A model generated the notes under the pieces. The model was not told the DNA's origin and did not search any database. It saw nothing but the letters and a program-made list of their open reading frames with translations. The translations under genes and the position numbers were made by a program. 64,000 bases of DNA from an uncultured delta proteobacterium. Its GTDB lineage: Bacteria; Desulfobacterota; Binatia; UBA9968. Positions 39,387 through 47,734 of the stretch are shown one piece after another (position 1 is the stretch's first letter; every line of letters begins with the position of its first letter). The DNA lies in NCBI GenBank assembly GCA_963816145.1, contig CAWFJP010000017.1, positions 1-64,000 of the forward strand, in the 5' to 3' direction.

Positions 39387-40568
39387 ATGCCGGAGCAAGC
39401 GATCAAAGATAAGACCGCGATCGTCGGACTTGGATGGACCGCCTTCTCGCGCAAATCCGGAGTGACGACCCTGACCCTCGCCGCTGAGGCGAGCCTCAAG
39501 GCGATCGCGGACGCAGGGCTGCAAGTCCAGGATATCGATGGGGTGGTTTCATTTTACCACCGGCAGCCGGAAGGCCAGATAGTGCGGGAGCTAGTCCGCG
39601 CGCTCGGTCTGAAGAAATGCAACTTCGAATTCTACAGCGATGGCGGCGGCGGTTGGAACTGCGGCGCGGTGCTTTCCGGCGCCATGCTCGTGCACTCGGG
39701 GATCTGCAAGAATGTCTTGGTTTTCAAGGCGCGCAACCGTTACAGCCAGGGACGCGCCGCGCGCGCCGAGCGGGCCAACGACGTCAAAAGCGATGCGCAG
39801 TGGACCACGCCTTTCGGCATTCACCACGCGGCTGCTTCCTTCGGGCCCATCGCTACGGCCCACATGGCGCGCTACGGCACGACAACGCTCGACTTCGCCC
39901 ATCTCGCCGTTACCGAGCGCAGCCATGCCGTCCTGAATCAGAAGGCGATGATGCGCAAACCGATCACCATCGAAGATCACCAGAACTCACGCTGGATCAT
40001 TTACCCTTTCCGCTTGCTCGATTGCTGCCAGGAGAGCGATGGCGGCGTGGCGCTGGTTATCACATCCGCTGAACGGGCGCGTGATTTGCAACACGCGCCG
40101 GTCTACATCATGTCGGGCATGGGCGGTCAGGGTCAGACTTCAGGTTTGTGGGAGACCAATGGGGCCAACTCCGCTCCGCTGCTGTATGAAGGCGCCGGCA
40201 TCACAGCCAAAGATGTCAGCATCGCGGAAATCTACGATCCGTTTACGGCCATGTGCATGGTGCACATCGAAGACTTCGGCCTAGTTAAAAAAGGCGAGAT
40301 CGGTAGTTGGGTGAGAGAGGGTCACAACCGCCTCGACGGCGATCTGCCGGTGAACACCCACGGCGGTTTAATGTCCGAGGCGCACATTCACGGGCTCAAT
40401 CACGTGATCGAAGCGGTGCAGCAACTGCGTCCCGAAGGCGTCGTCGACGACCTGTGCAACGGCGCGCATACTTTTGACCGCTCGACTTGCCGCCAGGTGC
40501 GCAACCCCGAGACTGCGCTCGTCTGCGGCGAATGCGGCGAGAGCGCCATGCTCCTGAGGAGGGCGTGA
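39387..40568 (+). CDS. Thiolase-superfamily protein (Ltp2/SCP-x-like, probable aldolase)
   Basis: RLLDCCQESDGG, IYDPFT, NTHGG.MSEAHIHG; canonical CxSG nucleophile replaced by GGGG. Confidence 0.85.
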   Translation: MPEQAIKDKTAIVGLGWTAFSRKSGVTTLTLAAEASLKAIADAGLQVQDIDGVVSFYHRQPEGQIVRELVRALGLKKCNFEFYSDGGGGWNCGAVLSGAMLVHSGICKNVLVFKARNRYSQGRAARAERANDVKSDAQWTTPFGIHHAAASFGPIATAHMARYGTTTLDFAHLAVTERSHAVLNQKAMMRKPITIEDHQNSRWIIYPFRLLDCCQESDGGVALVITSAERARDLQHAPVYIMSGMGGQGQTSGLWETNGANSAPLLYEGAGITAKDVSIAEIYDPFTAMCMVHIEDFGLVKKGEIGSWVREGHNRLDGDLPVNTHGGLMSEAHIHGLNHVIEAVQQLRPEGVVDDLCNGAHTFDRSTCRQVRNPETALVCGECGESAMLLRRA

Positions 40569-40570
40569 TC

Positions 40571-40987
40571 ATGGCGGAATATGCCAAGCCGTTACCGGTA
40601 GCGGATATCGACTCCCAGCAGTTCTGGGACAGCTGCAAAGCGCACGAGCTTTCAGCGCAGCGCTGCCAAGATTGCAAAAAGTTTCGTTGGCCGCCCCAAG
40701 CCTTTTGCCCGCACTGCTATTCGTGGAAATTCGCCTGGACCAAGCTCAGCGAAACCGGCATCGTCGATTCATTCGTGGTCGTGCACTACGTGTCGATTCC
40801 CGCTTTTCAGGATGACGTGCCCTACGTCGTCGCTCATATCACGATCGACGGCACCGATGGGCAAGTAACGATGATTAGCAACGTGGTCGAATGCCCCTGG
40901 GAGGATGTGCGGGTCGGCATGCCGGTGCGACTGGTCTTCGACGATGTCACGCCGGAGGTGACGCTGCCGAAGTTTCGCCCCGTGTAG
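40571..40987 (+). CDS. DUF35 Zn-ribbon/OB-fold protein
   Basis: FW......L..QRCQDC......P...CPHC, PY.VA, VGMPV...F. Confidence 0.9.
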   Translation: MAEYAKPLPVADIDSQQFWDSCKAHELSAQRCQDCKKFRWPPQAFCPHCYSWKFAWTKLSETGIVDSFVVVHYVSIPAFQDDVPYVVAHITIDGTDGQVTMISNVVECPWEDVRVGMPVRLVFDDVTPEVTLPKFRPV

Positions 40988-41051
40988 AAAAATGGAATGG
41001 TGCGCCGGATGCAGCAACACGCCGGCACTCATGAATACCAAAATCGCCGTG

Positions 41052-41091
41052 TTCCAACATTCCACTCTCCCATTATTCCAGCATTCCAATC
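41052..41091. repeat. 8-nt periodic TTCCA repeat
   Basis: TTCCAACA TTCCACTC TCCCATTA TTCCAGCA TTCCAATC; complementary AATGGAATGG at 40991. Confidence 0.55.
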
Positions 41092-41122
41092 ATCTATCAC
41101 TCCCGTCCCAACGGAGGTGCCA

Positions 41123-42283
41123 ATGCCGGGTGCTCTTCAGGACATACGCGTAATCGACTTCACTCACGCGCTCGCCGGACCGTTCTGCGTGATGTTGCTT
41201 GGACATCTGGGGGCTGACGTTATCAAGGTCGAGCCGCCCAACGGCGATGAGTTTCGCCGCTTATGGATGCAACCGGGCGCGACCACGGACGCGTACGAAT
41301 CTCTATGGATAAACGTCAACAAAAAAAGCATCGTGCTTAATCTGAAGGCGCAAAAGGGTGTGGAGCTGGCGCGCCGGCTGATTGCCCAGGCCGATGTGCT
41401 GGTCGAGAATTACCAAAAAGGCGTGATGGAGCGATTCGGTTTGGACTATGACTCGGTAAAGGCTATCAACCCGCGGCTGATCTACGCCTGTTCGCGCGGT
41501 TACGGCGAGTGGGGGCCTTACGCGAGCTATGGCAACACTGCGGCGAGCAACAACAGCATCGCCGGATGGCTTCACAGCGCGTGGAAGAACAATGGCGCCG
41601 TAGGGACCAAGACCTTGGGAATCGGCGACGAAGCCGCCGGCGTCAGCATCGCGCTCGGCATTCTCGCCGCGCTGCACGCGCGCGAGCGCACCGGCAAGGG
41701 CCAGAAGGTTGCGGTCTCGATGCAAGAAGCCGTGCTCGGGTTTATGACCAGCTCGCTGCACGAGCACTTTACCGGCAACCAAGTCGGCAATCGTCCGATG
41801 AAAGTGGCCGACGGCTATTTCACCTTGCGCGTGCCGGACATGAGCGATGCCGTTTGGGCCCAGGTAGCGCAACTGATCGGCCGCAACGATCTTCTGCAAG
41901 ATGCCCGTTTTTCGACCGCTGCCGCGCGCCGCCCGCATCGCGCTGAGCTCGAGGAGATAGTGAGAACCTGGGCAAGCGGAAAATCTCGCCAGGAAATTTG
42001 GGACGGGCTGCGCGAGCTCGATTACTTCGGTGCGCCGGTTCTATCGATCGGTGAAATAATCGAGGATCGGCATATCAAAGAGCGGAAAGCCTTTATCGAA
42101 CGCGAGCACCCCACCGCCGGCCCGACCACCTTGCTCGCTCCCTGGATCCACCTCTCAGAAACCCCCACCAGCATCCGCGATGACGCCCCCGCCATCGGCC
42201 AGCACACTGATGAAGTGCTTAGCGGACTTGGGGTGAGCAAAGCGGAGCTAAGCGATCTCCGTGCCGAAGGCGTGATCAAATAA
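41123..42283 (+). CDS. Family III CoA transferase (CaiB/BaiF)
   Basis: AGP.C..LL..LGADVIKVEPP.GD, NKKSI.LNLK, ADVLVEN, catalytic GD, P.IGQHT. Confidence 0.92.
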   Translation: MPGALQDIRVIDFTHALAGPFCVMLLGHLGADVIKVEPPNGDEFRRLWMQPGATTDAYESLWINVNKKSIVLNLKAQKGVELARRLIAQADVLVENYQKGVMERFGLDYDSVKAINPRLIYACSRGYGEWGPYASYGNTAASNNSIAGWLHSAWKNNGAVGTKTLGIGDEAAGVSIALGILAALHARERTGKGQKVAVSMQEAVLGFMTSSLHEHFTGNQVGNRPMKVADGYFTLRVPDMSDAVWAQVAQLIGRNDLLQDARFSTAAARRPHRAELEEIVRTWASGKSRQEIWDGLRELDYFGAPVLSIGEIIEDRHIKERKAFIEREHPTAGPTTLLAPWIHLSETPTSIRDDAPAIGQHTDEVLSGLGVSKAELSDLRAEGVIK

Positions 42284-42299
42284 TCCTACTGAACTTTCG

Positions 42300-42644
42300 C
42301 TATTTGCCGTCGTCGAGGCTGACGATCAAAATGGCGCTGGCAATCAGCGGGCCATCGGTGCCCTGCGCATTGAGCACCTGCAAACCGCCTTGGACCACGT
42401 TGATGTGGCCGCCGCCATGCGGCAGCGTTTCTAACACGGCCTGCTTATCTACCGCCTCGGGCTTGGGCACGCCGATGGTCACTTCCACCTGCATATCGTC
42501 GGCGGTCTTGCCCACCAGCCGTGGGAATCCCAAACTGCTGTGATGAATAGCGTCGAACACCGCCCGCTTGGCGGCGTTGGTGTAATCCAATCCGTGCACA
42601 TCCACTCCCATGCCAAATTCCGTAACACACCGTACCAAGGCCAT
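42300..42644 (-). CDS. Lin0512 family protein
   Basis: E.GMGVD.HG.D.T.AA.RAV.DAI..S, IGVP..VD...V...LP.G...V..GGL. Confidence 0.8.
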   Translation of the reverse strand: MALVRCVTEFGMGVDVHGLDYTNAAKRAVFDAIHHSSLGFPRLVGKTADDMQVEVTIGVPKPEAVDKQAVLETLPHGGGHINVVQGGLQVLNAQGTDGPLIASAILIVSLDDGK

Positions 42645-42810
42645 GGCTGATCACCTCCACCTGTGAGTTATAGTCGAACCGATTGTTTGCCGGCACTTAT
42701 TGAGCAACTGGACAACCCCCCCGTCAAGCTTGCCGTTGCAGTTTCAGCAATCACTTCTAACCCCACGCGCTTATCAGCCGTTAAGGGTTCCGCGCTCGTT
42801 CTTGAACGAT

Positions 42811-42852
42811 TTGAACGGAGCGAAGCGGTTGAACGGCTGGAACGACTTGAAC
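42811..42852 (+). repeat. TTGAACG-unit repeat, copy 1
   Basis: TTGAACGGAGCGAAGCGGTTGAACGGCTGGAACGACTTGAAC; 37/42 identical to 43945-43986. Confidence 0.75.
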
Positions 42853-42884
42853 CCAGCCCTAGGCTCCCGCTCATCGCCGCGCTG

Positions 42885-43791
42885 CTACACGTTCATGTTG
42901 ACGAGATCCGTCGCGCAGGGGGCGGTCTCGAGGAAATCCCAGCTCTTCATCCATTCATAGGTGCGTTGCAGCTCATCGGCCGGGATCGGCGCCGGCTCGA
43001 CCAGATAGAGGCGGCTCTCGCGTAGATCGTCGATGGTAAGCTGACTGATCTGCGGATCGCGATCGCGATAGTAGTCGATGAAGTAGTGCATATACGCGCG
43101 CTTGTTCGCCATGATGCGCCGGACGGCCTCGCGTATGGCGCGGTTGAAGGCGGCGTAGGTTTCGCCATCGACGCGATCGGACGCGACGTCGGTGCCGTGG
43201 TGGAATGCCGAGATGACCACCCGACAGCCCATTTTCTCGGCTAACGAAATATACGGTTCGGTCAGGGTCGTTGCTTCGATGGTCTTGTCCATGAGCATCT
43301 TGAAGCGGTAATTGGAGCCGTTCGGCACGCGGCCGAGCTTGATCAGCTCGCGCGGCACGAAGCCTTCGAGCATCTGCAGGCAGAGATAGTGCGTGCCGCT
43401 ATAAAAGGGGATGCCGATCTGCACGTTGGCGAATTGCTGCGGCACCTGCACCGGCGAATCTGCGCGGACGACGAGCCCGGCAAAATTCACCATGGAACGA
43501 CGGCCAAGCTGCCGGCATGCCGACCTTGGAGGTTTCAACGCGCGAGTAATTGCCCCATTCGCAAGCGTTGTAGAGGTCAGCCTGGCCTGATTCCATCATG
43601 CGGCCGTGGCTCGTGTAGCGCGAGGCGTCCTTATGATCCGTGATGTGCAGCTGCGGGCTTTTGTCGAGGCCCTTCTCACGGTCCAGCCACTCGATCTGGA
43701 TGCCTTCCTTCTCGAACAGACCCTCGTCATAGGCCACCAGCTCGGCCAAGCCTTGGAACGGCGCAGTGGTTTCCAATCGCAGTGTCGTCAT
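42885..43791 (-). CDS. Periplasmic-binding-protein-fold protein without a signal peptide; +1 frameshift near 43517
   Basis: VA..EGLFEKEGI and LTEPY SsuA/NMT1-like segments; ORFs 43399-43791 and 42885-43538 join on removing one base. Confidence 0.7.
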
Positions 43792-43944
43792 AAATTCCTC
43801 CCCAATCGGGAATTAGATAAGTTACCTTATAGTTTCATTCTGACCTCTGTCAAACACGCTTGCGATTGGAAAATCCTTGTAATGAGAATAACTCCGCCAG
43901 CAGCGAAGGCGGACTTGAAGACGGCTTGATTTCCTGTAAACGAA

Positions 43945-43986
43945 TTGAACTGAGCGTAGCGCTTGAACGGCTGGAACGGTTTGAAC
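43945..43986 (+). repeat. TTGAACG-unit repeat, copy 2
   Basis: TTGAACTGAGCGTAGCGCTTGAACGGCTGGAACGGTTTGAAC. Confidence 0.75.
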
Positions 43987-44014
43987 AAATTAGTGTGAAA
44001 TTCAGAGGTGCTCC

Positions 44015-44770
44015 ATGGAAAAAGCTCGGCAAATCAGTCGCCGAACCTGGTTGGCCCGGGTCGCATTGGGCAGTTTCGCGATATGGAACGAGGTAAATTT
44101 CGGCCTCGGTCGGCGCGGATGGAGTATCGCCATAGGTGGCAGCGATCTCGCGACCGGCGTCGCCCACGCTCAGAACCTGGGAGCCGTCGAAGCCCTTCGG
44201 GTCAACTTGGGCATCGTCAATGCGTACGTCCTCATCCGGGGCAAGGAAGCGGCGGTCGTTGATACCGGCACGCCCGGCAATGCAACCAAGATTGCGGTCA
44301 TCGTTCGCAACGCCGGCCTGGGTTGGGATGCGGTTCACCACGTCATCCTGACTCACTATCACTCCGATCACATTGGCAGCGTTGGCGACGTACTGGCGGC
44401 GGCGACCAAGGCGACAGCATACGCCGGGGCCGCCGACATTCCGCAGATCAAGTCGCCGCGCCCGCTCAAGGCGGTCGGTGACAACGACGAAGTGTTCGGC
44501 CTGCGCGTGATTTCCACGCCCGGTCACACACCGGGTCACGTCTGCGTTTTCGATCCGGCCGGATCACTGCTTATTCTGGGCGACGCCATGAACAACACCG
44601 GCAACAAGCTCGCCGGTCCGAGTCCCCAGTACAGCTCCGACATCGCACTGGCGAATCAGAGCGTGAAGAAACTGGCGCAACTGACGTTCCAACGCGCCCT
44701 CTTCGGCCACGGGGAACCGATCGACAAGAGCGCCTCGCAGGCGATCGCCAAGCTGGCCGGCACGCTGTAA
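44015..44770 (+). CDS. MBL-fold metallo-hydrolase with a Tat-like signal
   Basis: SRRTWL, VDTG, THYHSDH, TPGHTPGH, GD, GHG. Confidence 0.88.
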   Translation: MEKARQISRRTWLARVALGSFAIWNEVNFGLGRRGWSIAIGGSDLATGVAHAQNLGAVEALRVNLGIVNAYVLIRGKEAAVVDTGTPGNATKIAVIVRNAGLGWDAVHHVILTHYHSDHIGSVGDVLAAATKATAYAGAADIPQIKSPRPLKAVGDNDEVFGLRVISTPGHTPGHVCVFDPAGSLLILGDAMNNTGNKLAGPSPQYSSDIALANQSVKKLAQLTFQRALFGHGEPIDKSASQAIAKLAGTL

Positions 44771-44813
44771 CGGTTCGCCAAGGTCGAAATTAGATCTACT
44801 ATTCAATTACCGA

Positions 44814-44975
44814 ATGCCGGGCGTGATCAGCCACACCACCAACCTGGCCGAACACCCGGAATTGGTCGCTGAACGGATCGTGCGCTTCGCAAAACTGGTC
44901 GGGCGCGAAAACGTTATCGCCGGCGCCGACTGCGGCTTTGCCGCCTTCGCACTGCGTAAGCAAGTCAGGAAATAA
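44814..44975 (+). pseudogene. C-terminal remnant of a cobalamin-independent methionine synthase II-family gene
   Basis: Hand translation PGVISHTTNLAEHPELVAERIVRFAKLVGRENVIAGADCGF. Confidence 0.75.
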
Positions 44976-45045
44976 AAGCCTGAACCCGTAGCCTATGTGA
45001 CGTTCTCGAGCGCGGCGAAATCTTTTTGGGTCAATGGCCGAGGCG

Positions 45046-46008
45046 CTATTTGCGCACGCGCATGCCACGCTGCGCGTCCCACTGGAGAATCCTGTCGCTC
45101 TTGGGCAGGGGCGCTTCGGGGACCTCGCCGATGGAAAAGCCGTATTTCCAATTTGCCGGGCAGATCCCGACGAAACGAGCATAGCCGCCCAAACCGCCGG
45201 CAAATTTCGGGAAACCGATCGTGATCAGACAACCTTTTTCCGGCACTTGATCGAGGTTGGCCACGCCTTCCGCTTGGGTGTAGCCGTGGTGCAATAACCA
45301 ATGTTCGCCTTCGAGATTTGGCGTGGCGTCGGTGTCGAGCGGCTCGTGACCGTGAAACAGGATGCGGCGTTCCTCATGGAGAAACTTGAGCGCATCCAAT
45401 GACACGCCAGGAAAGGTTTTCGCTTCCGCCAGCGCCGGATCGGGCCATTTCTTCGACCAATCCGACCGCACCATCACCACCGAGCCAGGCGGAACCTTGC
45501 CATTGCGGCTCTCCCAACTCTGAATGTCGGCGCGCTGCAGATGGTAGCCTGCGTCTTTGGCCAGCTGATCGACAATCGAAATCACCACCAGTGGACGCAC
45601 TGCATAGGTCGCCGGCAACTCGTCGATCGCCGGATATTCCGGCGCCCAATGCGCCGGCGGATCGAGCTGCGTGCCGTACTGATCGGTAGGTAATTCATAG
45701 CGCGTCGCTTCGAAACCATCCTTCTTGTAAGTGTAAGGTTGCTTAGTTTGCGGATGGACCGCCGCAGCGAATTTCGCCGCGGAGAAGCCTTTCCATACCG
45801 GGATCGAAGGGGTAATCGTGTGCGTCAAGTCAATGTATTTGGCGCCTTTGAGAGAGTTGTCATAGAGCTGCCAGAGATCAAACTGCGTCGATGACGCGGG
45901 TTCCGAAGCAGTTTTTGATTCCGGTGACGATGAAACTTTCGCCTCACAACCTGCAAGAAAAAACATCAATCCAAGTAAAATACTGCAATTGACTGATGCG
46001 CTGGTCAT
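45046..46008 (-). CDS. Cyclase/kynurenine formamidase-like metal hydrolase, lipoprotein
   Basis: LAGC lipobox, DLTH, QYGTQLDPPAH, E.V.NL..VP..G. Confidence 0.82.
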   Translation of the reverse strand: MTSASVNCSILLGLMFFLAGCEAKVSSSPESKTASEPASSTQFDLWQLYDNSLKGAKYIDLTHTITPSIPVWKGFSAAKFAAAVHPQTKQPYTYKKDGFEATRYELPTDQYGTQLDPPAHWAPEYPAIDELPATYAVRPLVVISIVDQLAKDAGYHLQRADIQSWESRNGKVPPGSVVMVRSDWSKKWPDPALAEAKTFPGVSLDALKFLHEERRILFHGHEPLDTDATPNLEGEHWLLHHGYTQAEGVANLDQVPEKGCLITIGFPKFAGGLGGYARFVGICPANWKYGFSIGEVPEAPLPKSDRILQWDAQRGMRVRK

Positions 46009-46137
46009 AAGAGCCTCCCTGAGAATTTATCCCATAATCACATCTACAAAGTGGGACTGACTAAACCAGACTATGTTGTCGCTAATAGATTGGCGACCGC
46101 GCGTTAATGGGGTCGGCGTCAAGGGTCAAAGACTCGC

Positions 46138-46187
46138 GGTCACGTCTTGCATTGCGACAAATGCAGTATTGCAGGCAAGACCTGGCC
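46138..46187. repeat. GGGGTC/GACCCC-type hairpin repeat, copy C
   Basis: GGTCACGTCTTGCATTGCGACAAATGCAGTATTGCAGGCAAGACCTGGCC, preceded by tandem GGGGTC/GGCGTC/GGGTC stubs. Confidence 0.7.
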
Positions 46188-46310
46188 ACGCGCTTGCGTG
46201 CAATTCATCGAAACAAAACGGCTGGCTTGATGGTGACAATCAATCGTTGTACACCAACCCTGCCCTACCATCTCGGGCTCTCGGCTCGGAGACCACAAAA
46301 GCGCGCGTAC

Positions 46311-47384
46311 TCAACGCTCCCACCGTTTCCGGGATACCACTTCGGCGATGGCGGTTGAGGTCTTTGCGGCGCCTTTGGCGACTAGCTGGACAAGAAACTC
46401 GGTTGCGGCGCGTGCGCCGGTTGTGCTGGTAACTCGCTGCGCGGCGGCTGAGACCTGCTCGACTGTCGCGATCGCTGCGCCGGTCAGTGCCGACGTGGCG
46501 CTCCCCGTGGTGCTCTTCGCGGCGTCCCAGATCACCACTCCGACGCGCTCCGCACCTCGCTTAGCCACCGAGCCGAGCATACCGGCTGCTTCTACCGTTG
46601 CTGTATGCCGCAGCGATTTGGGAGTGGGCTTGATCACGCTGCCGCAATACCCGCTGGCGAGACAGCCGATTCTCAGCGTGAGAAACGCATTGACCGTTCC
46701 ATCGACACAGGACGTGGTGACCAAACCGGCGACCTGTGCGAATCCGGGAATTGCGGCGACGACTGAGTTCGCTAACACCGGCGCGAGCAATGGCTCGATC
46801 AGTTCGCTGAGATCCAGGTCCTCGACATTTTGTGCCACGAATGCCGCCGCAGCAACGTTGCCGTAGAGCGCAATAAGGTCTCCTAAGGCGGGCCGCTGCC
46901 AATAGAGGTGGGCGATCTGCCAAACCAAGCGACACTGCGTTACCAAGACCATGAGGCCATCTAGCCTGCCCGACTGCGAGACTGCCGTGCTCAAAAAGAC
47001 TGCCATGGCGGCATCCGCGGTTTTTTGGCGGGAGAGTTGAGCCAGTTCCGCAAGGGCGGGTTCGACCGTCGCCGCCGTAAGGTCCTGGTTACTAAGATTT
47101 CTGTTCCGTCGAAGGCGCTTTGCAAGCTCTTCCAAGTACGCGGCTTGCACGGAAGCATTTTCTTCGGAAGGCGGAACAAGGCTCTTTGGAAGCCGAACGA
47201 AAGTAACTATCGGAATGAGGATGCACGCGGCGTAGAGAGCCAGCAGAAACCAAAGCAAACCCTGCCCCATTAGCGGATGTATGGCGCTCACAAAGGCGAC
47301 GGTTTCCCTCGTCTCGCGGGCAATGATAAATGCAACGGCTATCAGCAGAAGGATGGCGACCGGTATCAGGATGCGTTTCAGCAC
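46311..47384 (-). CDS. DUF697/YcjF-like membrane protein
   Basis: Two N-terminal TM helices; A..VF.STAVSQ...LDG, RP....L..LY, G..NA.LTLR.G. Confidence 0.7.
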   Translation of the reverse strand: MLKRILIPVAILLLIAVAFIIARETRETVAFVSAIHPLMGQGLLWFLLALYAACILIPIVTFVRLPKSLVPPSEENASVQAAYLEELAKRLRRNRNLSNQDLTAATVEPALAELAQLSRQKTADAAMAVFLSTAVSQSGRLDGLMVLVTQCRLVWQIAHLYWQRPALGDLIALYGNVAAAAFVAQNVEDLDLSELIEPLLAPVLANSVVAAIPGFAQVAGLVTTSCVDGTVNAFLTLRIGCLASGYCGSVIKPTPKSLRHTATVEAAGMLGSVAKRGAERVGVVIWDAAKSTTGSATSALTGAAIATVEQVSAAAQRVTSTTGARAATEFLVQLVAKGAAKTSTAIAEVVSRKRWER

Positions 47385-47437
47385 GACGTCTGCAAAGATA
47401 CTTTAGTTAGGCGATACCGACAAGGTTCCGTTGGCGG

Positions 47438-47712
47438 ACTCGGGTCGGAGTCGCAGGAGTCGGTCGCCGAGTTGAGAGTCAGGGTGATTTTGAGTCGGGG
47501 TCTGCATTTGTGATCCATATCGGATCGGTCACGCGGTACAGATGATTTACACGGAAAGCAGTTTGAGTGATTGCAGCCCCGACGCTAAAGACTAAACGAG
47601 CTGTGGAATTGAGTTGCACGAGAGCCCCGCGCTCAAGCGCTATGGTGTCTGGTCAATTACCGAAGCGGTATCCGCACGGAGCGTAATAGTCGTGAAGTAA
47701 ATGTCTGACCCC
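47438..47712. repeat. Cluster of decayed GAGTC/GGGGTC stubs, an inverted pair and a half hairpin
   Basis: Tandem GAGTC motifs; GTCGGGGTCTGCA (47494) / TGCAGCCCCGAC (47572); AAATGTCTGACCCC (47699-47712). Confidence 0.45.
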
Positions 47713-47734
47713 GCGATCATTTCACTTTTGTTCA

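Noticed and set aside
42800-43990. TTGAACG repeats as a CRISPR array
   Set aside because: Only two ~42-bp copies 1.1 kb apart with internal periodicity; no regular spacers and no cas genes.
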